64,000 bases of DNA from Ignavibacteriota bacterium (GTDB lineage: Bacteria; Bacteroidota; Ignavibacteria; UBA10030), in contig PLMK01000042.1 of assembly GCA_003142475.1 (NCBI GenBank), positions 131,586 to 195,585 on the forward strand, given 5' to 3'. Each line of letters opens with the position of its first letter. Position 1 is the first letter of the stretch. Below the pieces are notes generated by a model that was not told the DNA's origin, did no database searches, and saw nothing but the letters and a program-made list of their open reading frames with translations. Positions 57,350-64,000 of this stretch are shown in pieces. Made by a program: the position numbers and the translations under genes.

Positions 57350-58939
57350 TTGAAATTAATAGACAAAATTATGCAAGAATATATTGAATGTGATGTGCTC
57401 ATTATCGGAAGCGGCGTTGCCGGATGTATTGCTGCGCTGCAGCTTGCAGATGCCGGAATCAAAGTAGTAATGGCAACACGTTCATCAAATCCAGAAGAGT
57501 CAAATACTTTCTATGCACAAGGCGGCATTGTATATGAAGGTAAAGGTGATTCACCGGAACTTCTTGCCAAAGACATACTGCATGCCGGTGCAGGTTATTG
57601 CAATCCTCAAGCGGTAGAACTTCTTGCTAAGATAGCTCCAAGACTTGTTCGGTCTCTTTTTCTAGAAAAACTTTCAATTCCTTTTGACAGAACACCTTCA
57701 GGAGAACTTTCGCTTGTATTGGAAGGCGGCCATACGATTGCGCGCATTATTCATGCGGCAGATTCCACAGGAAAATTAATTGAAACACATCTGATAAGCG
57801 CAGTAAAGTCGAACGCTAACATAACATTGCTTACCGGAAGAACAGCAGTCGATTTGTTAACACCAGCCCATCATTCAAAAAATCGTCTTTCTGTGTATGA
57901 TCCTCTTTCCTGCAACGGTGCATTTCTTCTCGATCAAGAATCGGGTCGTGTAGAGCGTGTGTTAGCGCGGGCCACCATTCTTGCTACAGGCGGATTAGGA
58001 CAAATATTTCTACGAACAACAAATCCTGCTGGAGCACGCGGCGACGGATTATCAATCGCATACCGTGCGGGAGCACGAGTAATAAATTGTGAATTCGTAC
58101 AGTTTCATCCCACTGCGTTTTATCATCCTAACGCACCGTTCTTTCTTATTTCCGAGGCCGTTCGTGGAGCAGGCGCACACTTGCTCGATGCCAAAGGCAA
58201 TCAATTTATGCAGAAATATGATCCCGAATGGAAAGATCTGGCTCCGCGGGATGTTGTAGCACGCAGTATTCATCAGGAAATGCTTACAAGCGGAAACACG
58301 AATGTATATCTTGATATAGCTTCTCATCTTCCCGCGGGCGATATCCGTGCACGCTTCCCTTCTATCTATGAAAAATGCCTTGAGTATGATGTAGATATCA
58401 CGTACGAACCTATTCCTATCGTGCCAGCAGCACATTATTTTTGTGGCGGTGTGTGGGTAGATTTATGGGGACGGACAACATTGAATCATTTATATGCAGT
58501 GGGTGAAGTTGCATGCACGGGACTCCATGGTGCCAACCGACTTGCGAGTACTTCGTTGTTGGAAGGTGTTGTATGGGGATATAGAGCCGCAGAAAATTTC
58601 CTTGACACATTGAAAGAACATCCTCAACCGGCGGCTGATGATATTCCACCGTGGCGAGAAACGGGGACAGAAATGCCCGACTCCGCACTTATCAATCAAG
58701 ATATGAGCGTCATCAAAAATATAATGTGGAATTACACCGGCTTAATCCGCACAACTGAACGTTTGCAGCGAGCCATGCGGGAATTGCGCCACCTTGAATC
58801 TGAGATTGAACGATTTTACCGTGCTGTAAAGTTAACAGATGATATCATTGGTTTGCGCAATGCCGTACGTGCCGCTATCATTGTTACAATATCCGCGTGG
58901 GAAAATACAACGAGTGTTGGCTGTCATTTTAGGCAGTAG
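57350..58939 (+). CDS. nadB: L-aspartate oxidase
   Basis: FAD-binding GSGVAG N-terminus, fumarate reductase/succinate dehydrogenase flavoprotein-like motifs (GLHGANRLASTSLLEG). Confidence 0.9.
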   Translation: MKLIDKIMQEYIECDVLIIGSGVAGCIAALQLADAGIKVVMATRSSNPEESNTFYAQGGIVYEGKGDSPELLAKDILHAGAGYCNPQAVELLAKIAPRLVRSLFLEKLSIPFDRTPSGELSLVLEGGHTIARIIHAADSTGKLIETHLISAVKSNANITLLTGRTAVDLLTPAHHSKNRLSVYDPLSCNGAFLLDQESGRVERVLARATILATGGLGQIFLRTTNPAGARGDGLSIAYRAGARVINCEFVQFHPTAFYHPNAPFFLISEAVRGAGAHLLDAKGNQFMQKYDPEWKDLAPRDVVARSIHQEMLTSGNTNVYLDIASHLPAGDIRARFPSIYEKCLEYDVDITYEPIPIVPAAHYFCGGVWVDLWGRTTLNHLYAVGEVACTGLHGANRLASTSLLEGVVWGYRAAENFLDTLKEHPQPAADDIPPWRETGTEMPDSALINQDMSVIKNIMWNYTGLIRTTERLQRAMRELRHLESEIERFYRAVKLTDDIIGLRNAVRAAIIVTISAWENTTSVGCHFRQ

Positions 58940-59010
58940 CACCAAGTTCCTTTTTTTAATCGCAAGTTTTCGGTATTATTCATTTACAACATCATCGAAA
59001 GGAATAAATA

Positions 59011-59973
59011 ATGTACAGACCGCAGATCACGGTCGTGGATTGCACTATCCGCGACGGCGGATTGATGAATAAATCACAGTTCACACTGGATTGCGTGCAA
59101 GCGGTCTACAAGGCCATTTGCGAATCAGGTGTTCATATTGTTGAACTCGGGTACCGGAACAGCCGGAAAATGTTCGATCCGGAAAAATACGGTGCATGGC
59201 GTTTCTGTGATGATGATATGATAAAGAAAGTCGTTGGAGACAAAAAATATCCCTACACAAAGATCGCTGTTATGATGGACGCACACAAAAGCTCCATCGA
59301 AGATCTGCTTCCAAAGGAAAAAAGTCTTGTGGATGTGGTTCGCTGTGCCACATATGTAAAAGACATTGATAAATGCATTATGATAGTCAATGATGCCGTT
59401 GCAAAAGGATACGAGACTACAATTAACATTATGTCTATTTCCACCGCACCGGAGCGTGAACTCAATGAGGCATTGCAGCAGATCAAAGAAGAAACCAAGA
59501 TCAAGGCGTGTTACATCGTAGATAGTTTTGGCAACTTATATTCTGAAGACATTGATTATTTTGTTTCCAAGTACCAAAAACTTCTGCCCGGCATTGAGGT
59601 CGGTGTTCACATGCATAACAATCAACAATTGGCATTCGCCAACACGATTGAAGGCATCATCCGCGGCGCAAATTATATGGACGGAACACTCTATGGTTTA
59701 GGCCGAGGGGCCGGAAATTGCTGTCTGGAACTTTTACTCGGCTTTCTGAAAAATCCTAAGTTTAATATGCGACCGCTTCTTGACGTTATTGGATCACATA
59801 TTATTCCCCTGCAGAAAGAAATTAATTGGGGTTATTCAGTTCCTTACATGATAACAGGAATAATGAACAGGCATCCCGAGGAAGCAATCAAGCTGATGAT
59901 GCTCCCAGAAAAAGATCCGACAAAATATAATTTCCGCACATTCTATGAAAGGATGTTGGACCCAGAGCCGTAG
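59011..59973 (+). CDS. HMGL-like / pyruvate carboxyltransferase-fold aldolase (DmpG-like 4-hydroxy-2-oxovalerate aldolase family, uncertain)
   Basis: N-terminal DCTIRDGG TIM-barrel metal-binding motif; HMHNN second metal-binding motif. Confidence 0.55.
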   Translation: MYRPQITVVDCTIRDGGLMNKSQFTLDCVQAVYKAICESGVHIVELGYRNSRKMFDPEKYGAWRFCDDDMIKKVVGDKKYPYTKIAVMMDAHKSSIEDLLPKEKSLVDVVRCATYVKDIDKCIMIVNDAVAKGYETTINIMSISTAPERELNEALQQIKEETKIKACYIVDSFGNLYSEDIDYFVSKYQKLLPGIEVGVHMHNNQQLAFANTIEGIIRGANYMDGTLYGLGRGAGNCCLELLLGFLKNPKFNMRPLLDVIGSHIIPLQKEINWGYSVPYMITGIMNRHPEEAIKLMMLPEKDPTKYNFRTFYERMLDPEP

Positions 59974-60442
59974 ACAAAAAGGTAAAAGATCAACACCGTT
60001 AGAATTTAGAGTGCAGAGAAATTGGAATATTCATAAAGGAGGATTTATAGGATTACTGGATAGCATTGGTAAAGTGCTCAGTGGTGGTGGAGCACAAACC
60101 AATCTCGTTAATGAAGTGATAGGATTGCTCAACAATAAACAAACCGGCGGAATTGCTGGTTTGGTAGAGGAATTTTCTGGAAAAGGATTGGGTGACATCG
60201 CAAAATCCTGGGTTGGAATGGATCCAAACCTTCCGGTTACTCCCCAGCAAATTCAACAAGTACTCGGGAATGACGCGATCAAACAGCTTGCGTCAAAAAT
60301 GGGTATTAATTCAGATCAGATGGCCCAACAACTCTCCGCTATTCTTCCAAAAGTTGTGGATAAGCTTACACCGAATGGTCAGATTCCTGAGGGAGATCTT
60401 ATGTCAAAAGGGATGGACCTCCTCAAGGGTTTTATGAAATAA
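59945..60442 (+). CDS. YidB-like (DUF937) protein; true start uncertain (no ATG/GTG near the conserved N-terminus)
   Basis: GFIGLLDSIGKVLSGGG and GLGDIAKSWVG motifs typical of DUF937; AAGGAGG RBS at about 60037 but no canonical start follows. Confidence 0.45.
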   Translation: MKGCWTQSRRQKGKRSTPLEFRVQRNWNIHKGGFIGLLDSIGKVLSGGGAQTNLVNEVIGLLNNKQTGGIAGLVEEFSGKGLGDIAKSWVGMDPNLPVTPQQIQQVLGNDAIKQLASKMGINSDQMAQQLSAILPKVVDKLTPNGQIPEGDLMSKGMDLLKGFMK

Positions 60443-60461
60443 TTTGACTTAAGCCAAATCC

Positions 60462-60510
60462 AACAGGTGCTATGCAAGTCGGAACCGTTGTAATTGGACA
60501 CCTGTTTTTC
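60462..60510 (+). terminator. Candidate intrinsic terminator
   Basis: AACAGGTG...CACCTGTT 8-bp stem (60462-60469 / 60499-60506) followed by TTTTT; loop is unusually long (29 nt). Confidence 0.35.
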
Positions 60511-60719
60511 TCCTTCAGACAGACTCCGTTTAATTTAACCAGATGTTTTATAGAGTAGTTTGACCTTCTTTGAAATTTTATCACACCGAACAACAATATC
60601 ATCCTTGATATTTCTTTAAGTTTGATACAGAAGCCAAAATATTGTATGTTTCTGCTAAGTAAAAAATTATGCATTGACAAATAGTCTTCCAACCCACCAA
60701 TTATCATACAGGAGGTATT

Positions 60720-61610
60720 ATGTTATTTCTTCTTAGTCTCGTTATCGTCATCGGAGCTATAATCATTTGGATGAACGCACGTAAAAAAGTACGCGACGAA
60801 CACAATCCCATATTTAAAACAACTGCATCTGCTGCCGGATTAGCAGCATTAGTGTTTGCGCTTATCGCATTGTCGCAGATGTTTACTGTCGTACCCGCTG
60901 GAAATGTCGGTGTTGTTGACTTCTTCGGCACGGTATCCGACAACACGTTAAAAGCCGGTATCAATTTCGTTAATCCATTTGCGCGTGTGATTAAGTTATC
61001 CGTACAAACACAAGAGATCAAAGAAGTGATGGACGTTCCATCGAAGGAAGGAATGACCGTGCAGCTCGAAATTAGTGCACTGTATCATCTCAATCCGGAG
61101 AAAGCAGCGGATGTCTATAAATCAGTTGGAGAAAATTATGTCGAAGTTCTGCTCGAACCGCAGTTCCGTTCTGTCGCTCGCGGCGTCACTGCCGGATATG
61201 AAGCCAAGGCACTCTATACTTCCGAGCGGGAAATGCTAGCACAGATTCTTTTGACTGATTTAGAAAAACTTGTTGAGCCAAGAGGTGTTACTGTTGAATC
61301 AACACCGCTGCGCCGCATCGGACTCCCCCCCGGTTTACAAGCATCGATTGAAGCGAAACTGCAAGCTGAGCAGCAGAGCCAACAAATGCAATTTGTGTTG
61401 ACAAAAGAGAAACAGGAAGCCGACCGCAAACGGATTGAAGCGCAGGGTATTTCGGATTTCCAAAACATCGTTGCACACAATATCAGCGATCAATTGCTGC
61501 GCTGGAAAGGCATCGAAGCGACAGAAAAACTTGCTAACTCCCAGAATACAAAGGTTATCATCATCGGCGCCGGTAAAGATGGTTTGCCGTTGATTCTTGA
61601 TACTAAATAA
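60720..61610 (+). CDS. SPFH/band-7 (prohibitin/HflC-like) membrane protein
   Basis: N-terminal TM helix then SPFH domain; coiled-coil EAKLQAEQQSQQMQ. Confidence 0.8.
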   Translation: MLFLLSLVIVIGAIIIWMNARKKVRDEHNPIFKTTASAAGLAALVFALIALSQMFTVVPAGNVGVVDFFGTVSDNTLKAGINFVNPFARVIKLSVQTQEIKEVMDVPSKEGMTVQLEISALYHLNPEKAADVYKSVGENYVEVLLEPQFRSVARGVTAGYEAKALYTSEREMLAQILLTDLEKLVEPRGVTVESTPLRRIGLPPGLQASIEAKLQAEQQSQQMQFVLTKEKQEADRKRIEAQGISDFQNIVAHNISDQLLRWKGIEATEKLANSQNTKVIIIGAGKDGLPLILDTK

Positions 61611-61657
61611 CAAGTATCTTTGATTCAATATTAAAAGTATTTATGGTGGAGATATCC

Positions 61658-62590
61658 ATGAAAAATAATATTGATCGTCGTGAATTTATTAGGCAGAGTG
61701 TCGCGGCAGGTGTCGTCGCTGCTATAGGATCAGCCTCTCTTCCCTCTACTCTCTTTGGAAATTTCATTCCTTCCAAAATCGATATTTCTGTTGTAAACGG
61801 GACAGATTTTTTTGAGAATACAATGAAAGCTGTCGAAATGTTCGACGGTATGAGTAAGTTTGTTCCGAAAGGAAGCAAGGTCGGACTGCTTATTAACTCT
61901 CCTTGGAGCAAACCAGGAACGTATACAAACCCTGATGTCGCACTTGCTGTTTTGAAGATGTGCTTCGATGCAGGCGCAAAAGAAATATATTCCATTGAAG
62001 ATGCTTCGACGAATTACTGGAAACGGAGTAAACTCTACGGGAAGTTTGAAAAAGAAGTCGGCAAAATTCAATCGGGTGGTTCTAAAACGACTGCGAAGAT
62101 TCCAAAAGGAAAATGTCTGAAGGAAGCCGAAATTTCAAAGACCCTTCTTGAGTGCGATGTCCTCATCAACATTCCGATTGTGAAAAACCATCAAGGCACA
62201 AACTTCACGGCCAACTTGAAAAATATGATGGGTGCATGCTCGGGCTCGACAAACAGATTTTTCCACAAGGGTTCCGGGAAAAGCGGACTGTTTGGATACT
62301 ACGATGACACCGAATTTCTTTCGCAGTGCATTGCCGATGTGAATTTAATGCGTCAACCAAATCTTTGTGTTGTTGATGCAACAGAATTTGTTATTACTAA
62401 TGGGCCGGCCGGTCCAGGTGAGATCAAAAAAGCCCATAAAGTAATCGCCGGTACAAACCGTGTCTCCGTTGATGCCTATTGCTCAACTTTGCTCGGATTA
62501 ATTCCTCAGGACATTTTGATGATTCAGTACGCTCGCGAACATGGCCTCGGCAAAATTGACTTAAAGAAACTAACGATCAAAGAAATCTAA
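61658..62590 (+). CDS. DUF362-domain protein with twin-arginine (Tat) signal
   Basis: RREFIRQSVAAGVVAAIGSA Tat motif; RBS GGAG before ATG 61658. Confidence 0.55.
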   Translation: MKNNIDRREFIRQSVAAGVVAAIGSASLPSTLFGNFIPSKIDISVVNGTDFFENTMKAVEMFDGMSKFVPKGSKVGLLINSPWSKPGTYTNPDVALAVLKMCFDAGAKEIYSIEDASTNYWKRSKLYGKFEKEVGKIQSGGSKTTAKIPKGKCLKEAEISKTLLECDVLINIPIVKNHQGTNFTANLKNMMGACSGSTNRFFHKGSGKSGLFGYYDDTEFLSQCIADVNLMRQPNLCVVDATEFVITNGPAGPGEIKKAHKVIAGTNRVSVDAYCSTLLGLIPQDILMIQYAREHGLGKIDLKKLTIKEI

Positions 62591-62619
62591 TTGCCTCCCT
62601 CGCATATCAAGGGCAAATG

Positions 62620-63531
62620 ATGAAAGCGTTCTTTCAATTGTTTTTGAGCATTGCATTTTTGAACGCATTTCTTTCCCGAATTGCGTTTCCGCAAAGTCAG
62701 AATATCTTGACGTATCTTCCCGTCACAGATGAGTTTAAAGGATGGTATCAACAAGATTCGGCTCGAATATTTGTTGGTGAAGATCTCTTTACACTCATCG
62801 ATGGCGGGGCAGATATTTATCTCGAATATGGTTTTCGACAAGTAGTTGCGGTTGAATATCGAAACAATCATGAGAATTCGATCAAACTTGAGATATACGA
62901 AATGTCGGATGCTTCAGCGGCATATGGAATGTTTTCACTTAATATCAGCACTCGTGGAAAGAAAATTCAGATTGGCAACGAAGGTAGGATCTCTGATTAC
63001 TACCTTATTTTCTGGAAGAATATGTTTCTCGTTTTTCTCTCCAGCGCCGACACCGCAGAAGAAACTACTTCCAGTATTCTGGCGATGGCAACAGCTATCA
63101 ATCAACGCCTCGGTGCGATAGGAACAAAACCAGAATTGGTGTCTTATCTTCCAAACAGCGGTTTGCAATCTTGTGCTTTTCTGAGAGGCAATCTTGGTCT
63201 TTCCACTTTCTATACATTCGATACAAAAAAAATATTCGGAATGAAAGAAGGAGTTGTGGGAATATATCCGACTCATCATCTCTTTATCTTCAAACACAAT
63301 TCTGATAGTGAGACCGAAAAAGAGTATCTTATAATTCAAGATATTTTTAAAACCGGCAGCCGATTTTCCAATTTCAAAGAGTATATCAGACGCTGCACGA
63401 TGACCGATCAAAAAGGCGCTCAACTCTGCATGACATATTCTAAGAATCTTATCGTTATTATTCTTTCTCAACAAAAGAATGACATTATGACAATTTGCGA
63501 TAATGTGATGAGCTCTCTCAATAACCATTAA
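62620..63531 (+). CDS. Secreted hypothetical protein (about 300 aa)
   Basis: Signal peptide MKAFFQLFLSIAFLNAFLSRIAFPQ; no family recognised. Confidence 0.4.
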   Translation: MKAFFQLFLSIAFLNAFLSRIAFPQSQNILTYLPVTDEFKGWYQQDSARIFVGEDLFTLIDGGADIYLEYGFRQVVAVEYRNNHENSIKLEIYEMSDASAAYGMFSLNISTRGKKIQIGNEGRISDYYLIFWKNMFLVFLSSADTAEETTSSILAMATAINQRLGAIGTKPELVSYLPNSGLQSCAFLRGNLGLSTFYTFDTKKIFGMKEGVVGIYPTHHLFIFKHNSDSETEKEYLIIQDIFKTGSRFSNFKEYIRRCTMTDQKGAQLCMTYSKNLIVIILSQQKNDIMTICDNVMSSLNNH

Positions 63532-63721
63532 GTGTCCATAAGCGATGCAGACATTGCAGATAATCGAAAACTTCTGCTTTCGTGCTATGGTATCCGAGGA
63601 TACGAAATTATAGTTCACAATTTAAAAAACCGTGCAGCATATGACCAGCAAACAGCGAGATGTTATAAAAAAATATCTTGAGTTACACGGACATATACAA
63701 TGATTTACTGAAAGTTCTAGA

Positions 63722-64000
63722 ATGTCTGACTACAAAACACCTGTCCTCTTCATTGGTCACGGTTCGCCAATGAACATTATCTATAAAAACGAATATACAA
63801 AATCACTGCAGAAATTGGGAATGTCTCTTCAAAAACCGGACGCTATACTTGTCGTATCTGCGCATTGGCTCACAGAAGGAACATTTGTCTGCTCTGCAGA
63901 TAAGCCGGAACAAATCTATGATTTTTATGGTTTCCCAGATGAACTCTATGCTGTGAAGTACCATCCTCCCGGAGCGCGTGCAATTGCAGAGTCCATCGCA
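63722..64000 (+). CDS. ygiD: Class III extradiol dioxygenase (4,5-DOPA dioxygenase/YgiD-like), 3'-truncated by window edge
   Basis: N-terminus PVLFIGHGSPMN...VSAHW typical of the LigB/YgiD family. Confidence 0.7.
   Translation, partial: MSDYKTPVLFIGHGSPMNIIYKNEYTKSLQKLGMSLQKPDAILVVSAHWLTEGTFVCSADKPEQIYDFYGFPDELYAVKYHPPGARAIAESIA

Noticed and set aside
1-64000. Integron integrase (intI) or any tyrosine recombinase associated with the attC-like clusters
   Set aside because: All six-frame ORFs over 60 aa were inspected. None shows tyrosine-recombinase motifs (R..HxxR..Y), and the gene-free stretch 29880-30744 has no fragment resembling one.
1-64000. tRNA, rRNA or tmRNA genes in intergenic regions
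   Set aside because: Intergenic segments over 100 bp were scanned by eye for tRNA-like acceptor/T-arm features (GGTTCGAATCC-like) and rRNA-like conservation, and none was found. This cannot be fully excluded without tRNAscan/Infernal.

Overview
This 64 kb window is an AT-rich bacterial chromosomal segment. Several families (DUF5683, a DUF4835-like protein, Phe-terminated outer-membrane barrels, T9SS-style OMPs) suggest an FCB-group organism, Ignavibacteria/Bacteroidota-like, but this is inference only. Most of the window is housekeeping. It carries a carbamoyl-phosphate gene cluster (ornithine carbamoyltransferase, carbamate kinase, aspartate carbamoyltransferase) and the partition pair parA/parB. 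RidA, menA/ubiE, a frameshifted ilvE, tatD, DNA polymerase IV, truA and the NAD operon nadC-nadA-nadB are also present. Envelope and signalling proteins include a patatin-Omp85 (PlpD-like, type Vd) protein, a PDZ/multi-TM/PP2C phosphatase sensor and a LuxR-type two-component pair. The most unusual structure is two clusters of attC-like recombination sites, 150-200 bp imperfect inverted-repeat elements ending in integron core motifs (GCCTAAC-like on the left, GTTAGGC-like on the right). Each sits directly after a short, unrelated, same-strand ORF: a GNAT acetyltransferase, a SnoaL-like protein and small membrane proteins. The clusters lie at about 32.59-33.77 kb and 42.02-43.84 kb. The second is followed by a transposase remnant and a HicB/HicA toxin-antitoxin pair. 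No integron integrase was found in the window, so these read as CALIN-type cassette arrays, or alternatively a MITE-like repeat family. A second notable locus is a complete AmmeMemoRadiSam system in which MEMO1 and AMMECR1 are fused into one protein carrying a lipoprotein signal peptide, and the radical SAM partner carries a Tat-like signal. Further observations include a frameshift in a T7 homopolymer that splits ilvE and an ornithine carbamoyltransferase gene that reads 92 nt into carbamate kinase. There is also a recent tandem duplication of a HEGYPGHH-motif protein immediately upstream of an orphan DNA methyltransferase, a truncated DedA remnant, and an 850 bp gene-free AT-rich stretch containing degenerate fragments of the repeat family. 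No rRNA, tRNA or CRISPR array was recognised.
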